A stretch of DNA of 63,435 bases, the filler included. It is 4 parts of 4 records of this genome, joined end to end, with 100 filler letters (N's around TTAATTAATTAA, not from the genome) between each part and the next. Parts side by side here need not be neighbours in the genome. Positions count along the whole stretch, not along the records: positions 32,565 to 57,078 come from SRR31156797_28087; 3 more parts are not named here. One strand, 5' to 3'. The notes beneath the pieces are model-generated. The model saw only the letters and a program-made list of their open reading frames with translations. It was not told the origin of the DNA and did not search any database. The translations under genes were made by a program, and so were the position numbers. Positions within the stretch are counted from its first letter, which is position 1. Each line of letters starts with the position of its first letter. Below, piece after piece: positions 39,195 through 48,562 of the stretch.

Positions 39195-40112
39195 TCAATT
39201 CCCTCCATCAGGTAATGATTGCGAGGACCATTTCTGTATCAGTAGCAGGGCACCGGTGGGATCGCTAATCAAGGCGGTGTTGCCTTTATTCGGTGCTTGA
39301 TCGGGTGTGATTAAGACGACACCTCCTAAATTTTTTGTGAGTTTTGTTGTTGCATCCGGATCAGTAACCCGGACGACCGGTACCCATAGCAATTTGTCGC
39401 TGCCGCCTTCCACGTGGCGCATTCCAGCAACCCATTTGCCTTCATCTGTGAAGACACTGTAGTCGTCCTTAATTGACAGGACTTCATCATACCCTAGTAT
39501 AGATACATAAAAGTCTTCTGTTTTCGCGGTATCGTTGGTCCAAATTTCATCCCACAGCCAGTCACCCACTGCAATCTCCGTTTCAGGCGGATCACCCCCA
39601 TTAGCATTGAGCAGTACTAGGTTTGTCCCCAGAGGATCTTTGATTAAGGCTGTCCTGCCTCGTTTGACCATATCTAAAGGGCCATTTACTATTGTTCCGC
39701 CGCTGGTTTTTACTTTTTGAGATGCACTATCCACATCCATAACTGAAATCGAAGGTACCCATACTCCTGGAGTTGTATTTTGTTGGGGCTTCATCTGAAG
39801 AATGCCTGCGATACGTTTCCCATTATTCCTGACTACTGCATAATAGTCTTGGTACTCAATTTGCCAACCGAATAATTTTTCATAAAATTCCCCGGCAGAC
39901 AGGAGGTCTGGAGTTACCAGATCATGCCAGATGAAATGTCCGGGAAAGCTCTTGCCGCTTGGATGATCTGTTATCGGAACCTGGGCTATCTCTTTTCCAC
40001 CAGCGGTTAACCTGCCGATATTGGAACAGCCACTCAGTACCATTGCAGCCGCAATGGAACCAAGTACGAAGAAGAATGTTGTATTTTTTGTAAAGAGAGA
40101 AAGAAAACGCAT
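39195..40112 (-). CDS. Two-domain VOC/glyoxalase-family lipoprotein
   Basis: Lipobox LSGC; FIWHDLVT..FYEKLFGW, GRTALIKDPLG; second domain WLWDEIWT..FY...LG. Confidence 0.85.
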   Translation of the reverse strand: MRFLSLFTKNTTFFFVLGSIAAAMVLSGCSNIGRLTAGGKEIAQVPITDHPSGKSFPGHFIWHDLVTPDLLSAGEFYEKLFGWQIEYQDYYAVVRNNGKRIAGILQMKPQQNTTPGVWVPSISVMDVDSASQKVKTSGGTIVNGPLDMVKRGRTALIKDPLGTNLVLLNANGGDPPETEIAVGDWLWDEIWTNDTAKTEDFYVSILGYDEVLSIKDDYSVFTDEGKWVAGMRHVEGGSDKLLWVPVVRVTDPDATTKLTKNLGGVVLITPDQAPNKGNTALISDPTGALLLIQKWSSQSLPDGGN

Positions 40113-40313
40113 CGATAACTCCTTGATGTGATGATAAAATAATCCTGTTGTGTGAAAGCTGTGTACCCGCGCATCCCTGGCAAGGCAAACATATCCACTG
40201 AAAGCGGTGGCGGAAGAGGTGACAACGCGTATGTATGCAGTATTTATTACCTCTGGAAAAACGGAGGAAGGCAGCAGGCAGAAATATGTTGATCCTCTTT
40301 TTTACGGTATTTG

Positions 40314-41237
40314 TTATTTAGTATTTACAACTGGAAAAAATCGATTTCTTCCATTCTCTTTAGCAGTATAAAGGTTCTGGTCGGCACTACCCAAGAGTAC
40401 ATCCGGGGAAATATTGTCATCCCGATTTAATGTAACCAACCCGATACTTATAGAAATGCAATCAGTGGCCTGAGAGTATTCATGAGGGATTTGGAGGGCT
40501 GTCACTTCATGTAGGCATCGCTCGGCAACAATCCTTGCACTGTCAAAGTCGGTTTCCGGTAAAATCACCACAAACTCTTCGCCACCGTATCTGGCAACGA
40601 AATCGGCTGGACGCAAAAGGGATTTTTCCAAGGCTTTTGCAATATTATGCAGAGCGATATCCCCCATCGCATGGCCATAGTTATCGTTATACTTTTTAAA
40701 ATAATCTACATCCAACATGGCTAAAGAAAAGGGCGTACCATTGCGGGTTGCACGTGCCCATTCCTTTTCAAAAACAATCTCAAAGCGCCGGCGATTGGGG
40801 ATCTCCGTAAGGCCATCGAGGTAAGCAAGTTGATCCAACAGTTTATATTGATGAACAATGCGCAGGTGGTTGCGAACACGAATTTTCACTATTGGCGGAG
40901 AGAAGGGTTTGGTGATATAGTCCACAGCCCCAAGCCTGAGTCCTTGTTCCTCCTCTTCTATGGAATTAAGTGCCGTAACAAATATTACAGGGATTTTTTT
41001 TGTGCTGTTGTTGTTTTTTAGAGTTTTAATGACCTCGTAACCACCCATCTCCGGCATAACGACATCAAGTAAAATCAAGTCAGGTGGAGTATCACTTAAT
41101 GCATGTTTCAATGCCTGGGCACCACTTCTTGCAAGTACCGGTGAATACTCATCTTTAAGCAGGTCAGCCAAAACTTTCAGGTTCATTTTTTCATCATCGA
41201 CAATCAGAATGCGTGCTTTCTTTTCCTCTTTCGACAT
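40314..41237 (-). CDS. Response-regulator diguanylate cyclase (REC-GGEEF)
   Basis: ILIVDD, LLDVVMP, KP; DGLT, DVDYFKKYNDNYGH, I-site RPAD, RYGGEEF. Confidence 0.95.
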   Translation of the reverse strand: MSKEEKKARILIVDDEKMNLKVLADLLKDEYSPVLARSGAQALKHALSDTPPDLILLDVVMPEMGGYEVIKTLKNNNSTKKIPVIFVTALNSIEEEEQGLRLGAVDYITKPFSPPIVKIRVRNHLRIVHQYKLLDQLAYLDGLTEIPNRRRFEIVFEKEWARATRNGTPFSLAMLDVDYFKKYNDNYGHAMGDIALHNIAKALEKSLLRPADFVARYGGEEFVVILPETDFDSARIVAERCLHEVTALQIPHEYSQATDCISISIGLVTLNRDDNISPDVLLGSADQNLYTAKENGRNRFFPVVNTK

Positions 41238-41242
41238 AGTCG

Positions 41243-44089
41243 TTACTGTTCTTTTTGTTGAATTAACGTTAAGAGTTCTTTGGTCGATGTAGCTGCCTGC
41301 TCATACTCGATATCGTCAATCTGCTCAGCAATCCCCCACAGTTGTTTTTCCACTCCCAAACTGGACATTTCTATTCTGATTTCCGCAAAAAGTTCTTCGG
41401 CAGCCAACTCTCCTTGTTCAAGTTGTATAAGGAGTTGCTGTAATTTCTTTTCCAGTTCCTGCATATCCCCTTGCTCAACCTGGTAAGAAGTTGGTTGAGC
41501 TTGCTCATCAACCTGTTCTTTAGGTGGTGGAAGCATAGAGAGAGAGGAAAGAATTCTATCTGCTTCATTAATAAAAGGTATAAGCAGGGCAGCAGCCTCT
41601 TCCCGTTGCCCGTTTTTTAATGCCTGCTCAACTACCGCAGATTTTTGCATCAAAGATGCAGCACCTATATAGCCCGAGACCCCTTTAATAGTGTGCGCAT
41701 TCTCCTGAATGAGATCCCATCGGTTGGCCTTTGATAATTCTCGCATGAGGGTCGGCAAGTTACTGTAACTTTTCTTGAAGTCATAGAGCATAGTAAGAAA
41801 AAGCTGGTACTTACCGTTTAAGGTCTTTAGCGCTTCTTCCTTATTTATACCTGGCATTGCAGGGAGTGTGTCTATATGATCGTTTGCTGAAAGGAAGGGC
41901 TGATTTGTCGACAGTGGCTCCTGCCGATTAGGGTGTTTATCGGGTATCCATTGTCGCAATGCCCGGTAAAGGGCCTCTGGATCAATCGGCTTTGTGATGT
42001 GCTCATTCATTCCGGCAGCAATACTCTTTTCGCGATCACCGGACATGGCGTGAGCGGTCATGGCAATAATTGGTAAATCCTTGTGTTGGCTCTCCTGGCG
42101 AATCCTTCTAGTAGCCTCCAGGCCATCCATCTCCGGCATTTGGATATCCATCAAAACGAGATCAAATTGTTCCTGACTAAGGGCAAGAAGGCATTCTTTA
42201 CCATTTGCGGCAGTTTGGACCTCCATACCAACATCTTCAAGAAATTCCGTTGCAACTTGGCGATTAATGCTATTATCGTCAACAAGGAGAAGCCGTGCCC
42301 CCTGAATTTTTGTGAGATCAACAGCCTGATTTTTATGTTTGATTCTTCTCGGCCCTGAAACGGTTTCAATTCCCAGGATATCAAGCAATGTGTCGTATAT
42401 AACGGATGCATATACAGGCTTTAAAAGGAAAGCGTCCATGCCCACGTTACCGGCCTCTACATATGCCTCCTCCCTGCCATTGGCAGTTACCATCAACATA
42501 GCTGGAATTTGGGAATGAGCTGTATGGGCTTTTATTCGTCTGGCCGTTTCAATGCCGTCTATTCCCGGCATTATCCAATCCAGCAGAACCACATCATAAG
42601 AACGGCCCTTTTCCATCGCCTCATCAAGCAGACTGATTGCCGATCGTCCGTCAATAGCGGTATCAACCTTTATATTAAGAGATGTAAGTATAGAAGAAAG
42701 GACATCTCTTGCCGCTTTATTGTCATCAACCACCAAAGCTCGCAAGCCTTCGGGCAGCTCCCCGACATTCGATATCTTTGGTTTCTTTTTTTCAGAGATT
42801 TGAAGTTTGGCAGTAAAAAAGAAATCCGATCCATTTCCGGGTTCACTTTTAACCCATATCCGCCCTCCCATCATCTCTGTCAGTTGTTTGCAAATGGCAA
42901 GGCCCAGCCCTGTACCACCATATTTTCGTGTAATGGAATCATCAGCCTGGCTGAATGCAGAAAAAAGCCCGGCCACCTCTTCCTTTTGTAGACCGATGCC
43001 TGTATCGCGAACGGAAAATTGAAGAGTCAGATCATCCTTATCCTGCTTCTCCAGCAAAACAGAGACTATAACTTCACCCTGGTCAGTGAACTTTACGGCA
43101 TTGCCTGCAAGATTCATCAACACCTGGCCCAAACGTAATGGGTCGCCGATAAGGCTGTAACTGATTTGGGGATCTATGTGAAAAAGAAATTCCAGTCCTT
43201 TTGCCTCTGCCTGCATTCCAACCACATTGGCAATGTTGCCGAGAACATCTTCCAGGTTGAAAGGGACCTCTTCAAGGCTGAGTTTGCCAGCATCAATCTT
43301 CGAGAAATCTAGAATGTCGTTTATGAGGTTGAGCAGCGTGTTGGCGGACAATAGAACTTTATCGACATAGTCTAACTGCTTTGGATCCAGCGGTGTGTTT
43401 TGCAGCAACGACGTCATGCCGATGATACCGTTCATCGGCGTTCGAATTTCATGGCTCATTCGTGCCAAAAAATCCCCCTTAGAAGTGTTGGCGGATTCAG
43501 CCAGCTCCTTGGAGTGTATCAATTCCTTTTCCATTTGTTTTTGGCGAGTCATGTCCATGGCTGTAAACAGATAGCCAACTACCCTTCCTTCCGGGTTGGA
43601 GAGACTCGTGATGGAAAGGCTTACGGGGAGATGTTCACCCTCTTTGCATACGTAAATCCATTCACGCACTCGGCTATGCTTTTGCTTGACAAATTGATCA
43701 AAGACCTTCATGCTGTGACGATCCGACTCAGGAAGCGTACTTATTTCTTTACCGTAATGATCCAATTCATCTGAAAGATGAAGGGAAAGGATATTACGTT
43801 TACCGACCATCTCATCGGTATAATATCCTAAAAGGGTTGAAGCACCTTTACTGAATAGTTGAATAGTCCCGTCGGGATCGGTTGCGATTATGGAAAGCTG
43901 GGTTGCAGCATCAAGTACGGCCTGTCTCTCGGCATCGGCAGCTTGTGCACGATGCAGCATACTTTCAGTTTGCTCAAACTGTTTAACTACAAATTCGGCG
44001 GTTATTTCTGCTGCTTCCCTTGCGACTTTGATTTCACTCCGGAGCATGTCAATTTCTACCTGGAGTTCGTGCCTACTTTTTTCCATCAT
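41243..44089 (-). CDS. Soluble hybrid histidine kinase: coiled coil-PAS-HisKA-HATPase-REC-REC-Hpt
   Basis: MSHEIRTPMNG, NLAGNAVKFT, DTGIG, GGTGLGL, two REC domains, AHTIKG Hpt; no TM; ATG overlaps the protease stop (ATGA). Confidence 0.95.
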   Translation of the reverse strand: MMEKSRHELQVEIDMLRSEIKVAREAAEITAEFVVKQFEQTESMLHRAQAADAERQAVLDAATQLSIIATDPDGTIQLFSKGASTLLGYYTDEMVGKRNILSLHLSDELDHYGKEISTLPESDRHSMKVFDQFVKQKHSRVREWIYVCKEGEHLPVSLSITSLSNPEGRVVGYLFTAMDMTRQKQMEKELIHSKELAESANTSKGDFLARMSHEIRTPMNGIIGMTSLLQNTPLDPKQLDYVDKVLLSANTLLNLINDILDFSKIDAGKLSLEEVPFNLEDVLGNIANVVGMQAEAKGLEFLFHIDPQISYSLIGDPLRLGQVLMNLAGNAVKFTDQGEVIVSVLLEKQDKDDLTLQFSVRDTGIGLQKEEVAGLFSAFSQADDSITRKYGGTGLGLAICKQLTEMMGGRIWVKSEPGNGSDFFFTAKLQISEKKKPKISNVGELPEGLRALVVDDNKAARDVLSSILTSLNIKVDTAIDGRSAISLLDEAMEKGRSYDVVLLDWIMPGIDGIETARRIKAHTAHSQIPAMLMVTANGREEAYVEAGNVGMDAFLLKPVYASVIYDTLLDILGIETVSGPRRIKHKNQAVDLTKIQGARLLLVDDNSINRQVATEFLEDVGMEVQTAANGKECLLALSQEQFDLVLMDIQMPEMDGLEATRRIRQESQHKDLPIIAMTAHAMSGDREKSIAAGMNEHITKPIDPEALYRALRQWIPDKHPNRQEPLSTNQPFLSANDHIDTLPAMPGINKEEALKTLNGKYQLFLTMLYDFKKSYSNLPTLMRELSKANRWDLIQENAHTIKGVSGYIGAASLMQKSAVVEQALKNGQREEAAALLIPFINEADRILSSLSMLPPPKEQVDEQAQPTSYQVEQGDMQELEKKLQQLLIQLEQGELAAEELFAEIRIEMSSLGVEKQLWGIAEQIDDIEYEQAATSTKELLTLIQQKEQ

Positions 44090-44532
44090 GCGCAGTCCTT
44101 CACACCGTTGAGCGCTAAAGAAAGACACAAATCGGCTGCAGTCTCAACCGTATCTGCGGTGTACTCCCCTTCAACACCTACAAGCAGTATTTCTTCCGGT
44201 AATTCGCCCTCGCAGACATTGGGAAGCACTGAAAGTAAATAGGGCAAACCCGCCTCATGTCCGAAATGCTTCTGTGAGAGTGTGGCTATAATGTCTTTAG
44301 CCGATAATATTACAACCTCTCCAAGAGCACCTATATCTTGGACCGCATCGACAAAAACAACCCTTCCTCCCTGCTCCAGAAAAGACAATAGGTTTAGACC
44401 GCCTATCCCACCTTCAACGATATCTATTTCGGTTTCAAAAGGTTGCATCGCCTTTAACCTGTCGTAAACAGCAAGACCAACAGAATCATCAGCAATGAAA
44501 CGATTGCCGATACAGATTATAAAACGCTTCAT
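44086..44532 (-). CDS. Hydrogenase maturation endopeptidase (HupD/HycI family)
   Basis: IGNRFIADDSVG, VEGG..GL, VFVDAV, GHEAGL. Confidence 0.92.
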   Translation of the reverse strand: MKRFIICIGNRFIADDSVGLAVYDRLKAMQPFETEIDIVEGGIGGLNLLSFLEQGGRVVFVDAVQDIGALGEVVILSAKDIIATLSQKHFGHEAGLPYLLSVLPNVCEGELPEEILLVGVEGEYTADTVETAADLCLSLALNGVKDCA

Positions 44533-44535
44533 CTT

Positions 44536-46080
44536 CTATAATCCAATCGGTAAAATTTTATTCTTAGTGCCTCCTTGGATGCAATGGACGGCACATACAA
44601 GGCATGGATCAAAAGATCGGACAACATGACCAGCTTCAATGGGATTGTGTATGTCTTTGATCGGGGTACCGACCAATGCCTCTTCCCATCCACCTCGGAC
44701 GCCATTACTATCACGCGGAGATCCATTCCATGCAGTTGGCGTAATAATTTGATAATGGGCAATTTTATTATTTTTCACTTTAACCCAGTGGCCAAGAGCA
44801 CCTCGCGCGGCCTGAATCAACCCTGCACCCTTACCATCGGGAATGGTGCTCACAGGATGATAGAAGGTATCATTTCGTCTCTCTTGAAGCTCTTCCAGCC
44901 ATGTACCCATTGCTCCCAGCAGAGAGACAGGACGAACAAGGCGTGCAAGTTCTCTGGAAAAAACCGAGGGGCCATTATCCCTAACCATTTCCCGGAAAAG
45001 AGGATGTGCGTTGGTAACCATCTCGGCCAAGGGACCGGTTTCTACAGCATGACCGTCATACCTTGGAGCCTTAATCCATGAATACTGCTTGCCGCTCTGG
45101 CCGGAGGCATATGGCTTTGTCTCACCCACAAAAGGGTGCATCTCTTTATCTTTTTGTTCAAACCAGGCGTGGGAAACATCTTCCGTAATAACAGAGGAGT
45201 CAAATGTATCCGACGCAGCACCAATGGAAAACCCTGCTCCGGTCAACCTGCCATCGACCCCTTGTACAGATGTCTCCTCGGGCAGTGGATAATTTCCGTA
45301 GCAGAGAAATCGGTTGGTACCTCTCCCCACTGAGTCGAGGCCAGCCTCACGAGAAAAACGCAGAAAAAAGCCAACCTCACTCTCACGATGGGAACTACTT
45401 TCAGCAAGCCAAGCCTCAAGATCTTTCATGCTGGTTATGATATTCCAGCGCTCGAGACTGCAGCCGAGGATATGTTGTTCGTACCATTGACAAAACCGTT
45501 CAAGGATTAATTTACATTGCTGAATCTTAGCTATCTCTGGAATCGATGTTACTCCACCTGGAACCATGAACGATGTATGCGGCCACTGTCCACCGATAAT
45601 GGCGACAATTTGCAGCAGTCGCTTGGTTTCCCGGATGACCTGAATGGCACTTTCTCCCTCCAGTGGTCTGTACCTGCGACGCGCCTCCTCACCCAATGAG
45701 TGACTCTGATAGCCAGCGTGGTTGGCAAAATCAACCATAAACATCAGCACAGCCTGGCGGATATCGCTCTGGATAGTTTCTACCATCAACGCGAGGTTAC
45801 GAAGACGTCGAGCATTGTCTGGAGGAGTAATTCCGGCAATTTCATCTAGTGCCTCAACTGCTGCAGTGAGATGAGTGAGACTACAGATACCGCAAATGCG
45901 CGGAGTCACAACTAAGCCGTCCCGTGCTCCCCTCCCCATCATCATTGCTTCGAAACCACGGTACATGGTGCCTGCGCTCCAAGCATCAATGATTGTGTTG
46001 TCTTTGATCTCTACCCTAATCTCAAGATCCCCCTCGGCTCTATTGAGAGGAATATTGATGTTTTTTGCTATATTTACCAT
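44536..46080 (-). CDS. [NiFe]-hydrogenase large subunit, group 2 (2c-like)
   Basis: NRAEGDL, L1 PRICGICSLTH, L2 SFDPCLVCAVH followed by a 15-aa C-terminal extension. Confidence 0.95.
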   Translation of the reverse strand: MVNIAKNINIPLNRAEGDLEIRVEIKDNTIIDAWSAGTMYRGFEAMMMGRGARDGLVVTPRICGICSLTHLTAAVEALDEIAGITPPDNARRLRNLALMVETIQSDIRQAVLMFMVDFANHAGYQSHSLGEEARRRYRPLEGESAIQVIRETKRLLQIVAIIGGQWPHTSFMVPGGVTSIPEIAKIQQCKLILERFCQWYEQHILGCSLERWNIITSMKDLEAWLAESSSHRESEVGFFLRFSREAGLDSVGRGTNRFLCYGNYPLPEETSVQGVDGRLTGAGFSIGAASDTFDSSVITEDVSHAWFEQKDKEMHPFVGETKPYASGQSGKQYSWIKAPRYDGHAVETGPLAEMVTNAHPLFREMVRDNGPSVFSRELARLVRPVSLLGAMGTWLEELQERRNDTFYHPVSTIPDGKGAGLIQAARGALGHWVKVKNNKIAHYQIITPTAWNGSPRDSNGVRGGWEEALVGTPIKDIHNPIEAGHVVRSFDPCLVCAVHCIQGGTKNKILPIGL

Positions 46081-46102
46081 GCCGCCCTTTGTCGTGTTCA
46101 GT

Positions 46103-47038
46103 TTATACTTTGGAAGTTCTATTTTTAAGGTGCTCAGGGGCTGCAGCCGCCGCCATACCTTTATACACCATGTAATGAGCGCGGTTTACTCCCATGGGAA
46201 GTGAGAGTGGTATGCCTTCAATATTGGGAGTTTCGAAAAAAGGTGACGCTTTTGGGAATTCCGGGTCCGTACAACCGAAGCAGGGAATCCCAGCTCTGGG
46301 TTTAGATGATTGCTGGTTCCATAGTAATTTATTGCATGGTCCTGGCACAAGCGGCCCTGCACAGCCCATGTGAAAGAACAAGCACCCCATTTCTCCGAAG
46401 TCTGACTCTTCTACCCTGTATTCATGATACTCATTGCGGGTGCAACCCTGATGTATTGTTGTGCCGTACCATTCAAGGGGACGTTGATATTTATCGAGTT
46501 CCAATCGAACACCATTAGCAACAGAAGCAATGGCTCCGGCAATCACATCGTGATGGCAGGGACAGCCCGCAAGATTAATAACCGGTTGTCCAGATTGAGT
46601 GGTAAAGTCAATCCCGAGAAAGCCTCCTCTTTCCCGTTTGTCAAACTGCAACCCTTTGGCTTCAATAATGGAATCCGAGCCAAACCCTCCAAAAGAAGCA
46701 CACGTACCAACAGCGAGAATATTTTGAGCTTTCGATGCGAGCCTGTATATAATTTCTTTCTTGGGTTGGCCATTTTTTGTATGGAACATTCCAGTTCCTG
46801 CCGGTCCACAGATAATTGAGCCTTCCACCAGTAGAATATCCAGAGGCTGATCACCGGCAATAATCCGTTTGAAGAGCTGTTCATGTTCAGGTGGTGAAAT
46901 ATGAGAAAAAGAAGGATGCCAGAGAAGTTTAATGTTTAATGAACGTAATAATTCTACAATATTTGGAAATTCGCTGCTCAAAAAAGAAAAGGTGTCGCCT
47001 CCACATCCCCCTCCTTGCAGCCAATATGCTGTCTTCAA
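46103..47038 (-). CDS. [NiFe]-hydrogenase small subunit, group 2, no Tat signal
   Basis: Starts at WLQGGGCGGD; VGTCASFGG, GCP, HQGC...GCL...GC, PCFGC; HoxB-like C-terminal tail; TTG start. Confidence 0.95.
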   Translation of the reverse strand: MKTAYWLQGGGCGGDTFSFLSSEFPNIVELLRSLNIKLLWHPSFSHISPPEHEQLFKRIIAGDQPLDILLVEGSIICGPAGTGMFHTKNGQPKKEIIYRLASKAQNILAVGTCASFGGFGSDSIIEAKGLQFDKRERGGFLGIDFTTQSGQPVINLAGCPCHHDVIAGAIASVANGVRLELDKYQRPLEWYGTTIHQGCTRNEYHEYRVEESDFGEMGCLFFHMGCAGPLVPGPCNKLLWNQQSSKPRAGIPCFGCTDPEFPKASPFFETPNIEGIPLSLPMGVNRAHYMVYKGMAAAAAPEHLKNRTSKV

Positions 47039-47108
47039 AAAAGCTTCCCCCCCATGTTAAGCTTAAACTTCGATCGTGATCAATCGAGTTATGTCACGAT
47101 TAGTATGT

Positions 47109-47137
47109 ATTATCGGGAAAACGATGATAAGAGTCAA
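47109..47137 (-). promoter_or_regulatory. Putative sigma70 promoter of the hydrogenase operon
   Basis: TTGACT-N17-GATAAT on the minus strand, about 70 bp upstream of the start. Confidence 0.5.
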
Positions 47138-47240
47138 TAACAGATGTTAAATCTATAAAAACGTGCAGCCATTGGCAGGGCCCGTGATAGTTAAAAAATT
47201 GCCATAATTCCACATCTTTTTTTTTCTTTTTGTACACTTG

Positions 47241-47307
47241 TGCTCATTTGAGCATTTTAATCATTGCCATAAGATTGATTTGTACTTAAAATATGCTCAT
47301 ATGAGCA
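47241..47307 (+). promoter_or_regulatory. Sigma70-like promoter flanked by two TGCTCATWTGAGCA operators
   Basis: Palindromes at 47241-47254 and 47294-47307 flank TTGCCA-N17-TAAAAT (47264-47292). Confidence 0.75.
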
Positions 47308-47322
47308 AAATGGAGATAACCT

Positions 47323-47664
47323 ATGCCACGCCCGACTAAACCGAGATTTGTTTCAGCCTACCCTGTTATGGCAGCTTTTGTGCCTCGAGGAATTGCAGTA
47401 ACAGGGGAGGTGCTCATTAGTGTGGAGGAATTTGAAGCCATACGGCTGAGTGATTTTGAACATTTAGATCAGGAAAGTGCAGCTACCATGATGGGAGTTT
47501 CCCGTCATACTTTCGGTAGACTGCTCGCCAAGGCCAGAACAACTGTTGCCGATGCCCTGGTTACCGGAAAAGAGTTGAGAATTGAAGGTGGTAATTACGA
47601 GATTAGAGGCAGGGGGATGAAACGTCGGAGGCGCGGAGGAGGCGGGTGCGGCAATAAGAGATAA
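47323..47664 (+). CDS. DUF134 family HTH protein
   Basis: MPRP.K.R, EEFEAIRLSDFE.LDQE.AA..MGVSR.TF.R.L..AR..VADALV.GK.LRIEGG. Confidence 0.92.
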   Translation: MPRPTKPRFVSAYPVMAAFVPRGIAVTGEVLISVEEFEAIRLSDFEHLDQESAATMMGVSRHTFGRLLAKARTTVADALVTGKELRIEGGNYEIRGRGMKRRRRGGGGCGNKR

Positions 47665-47707
47665 GCAGTAGTTTTTAGATAACCGATTAACCCAAGGAGC
47701 TTATAAC

Positions 47708-47884
47708 ATGCCTAAAAGAAACGAGACAGGACCACAAGGTCAGGGAGCAGGAACAGGAAGAGGACTTGGTAACTGCGGAGTTTGTAAGGGGAGTTCGTCG
47801 CAGCGCCAACAAAGCGTCGAGACAAGCGGTAATAGAAAGACAAACAGGGGAAGCGGCGGCGGTCGTGGACGCGGCACCCGCTGA
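47708..47884 (+). CDS. Small DUF5320-like Gly/Arg-rich protein (58 aa, below the ORF-track cutoff)
   Basis: MPKRNETGPQGQGAGTGRGLGNCGVC...GGGRGRGTR; RBS AAGGAG. Confidence 0.8.
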   Translation: MPKRNETGPQGQGAGTGRGLGNCGVCKGSSSQRQQSVETSGNRKTNRGSGGGRGRGTR

Positions 47885-47917
47885 AATCTTCAATATAAAA
47901 AACTATGAGGTGATATT

Positions 47918-48244
47918 ATGCCAGGATTTGACAGATCAGGCCCTATGGGACAGGGCTCCCAGAGCGGTAGGAGCATGGGGAAGTGCAACCCGGATGCTCA
48001 ATCATCGGATCAATACAACGATTTTAGCAGGGGCATGGGCTGCCGTCGGGGATTTGGTGGCGGCATTGGCGGCGCGGGACGCGGCAGGGGGCGGGGAGTG
48101 AATTTTTCAGGCCAACCTGCAGGCAACCGCCAACCAATTGTCCCTGTAGATGAACACGACACGTTAAGAACCCAAGCCAACCAGTTAAAGGAGTCGCTTG
48201 CATCTATACAACAGCGGCTGGATGCACTTGAAAAGAAAGAGTAA
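47918..48244 (+). CDS. DUF5320 family protein
   Basis: MPGFDRSGPMGQGSQSGRSMGKC, RG-rich middle, C-terminal coiled coil. Confidence 0.88.
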   Translation: MPGFDRSGPMGQGSQSGRSMGKCNPDAQSSDQYNDFSRGMGCRRGFGGGIGGAGRGRGRGVNFSGQPAGNRQPIVPVDEHDTLRTQANQLKESLASIQQRLDALEKKE

Positions 48245-48562
48245 CTAACTCAACAGGAAAGGGGGCGGTCGGTTTCCGAAAATTTGACCGTTCTCCTTTT
48301 CAGCCGTTACGCTCTTCAAAAACTGAGGCTCGCTCCTTTCCGCAGGGCGGGTAGAGAACATGGGGTGCAATGAGCGTAGACTTAATGGGATCGTTTTCGG
48401 TTCGGTAATCAGTGAACGCACAGCCGCAGCAGCGTTAGCAACGCAAAGTGGCGAGTGTTTCGATCTCAATTTCACTCATTTGGAAAGGGACACGTTCTAG
48501 GAAGAACTGCATAACATTGAAAGGGCACTCATAAAGAAGGCAACAAATTCGGGGAGGGCACC

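Noticed and set aside
40175-40225. GGCAAAC...GAAA hairpin near the cyclase resembling a c-di-GMP-I riboswitch
   Set aside because: Lacks the GACGCAAAG segment and second stem, and is antisense to the flanking genes.
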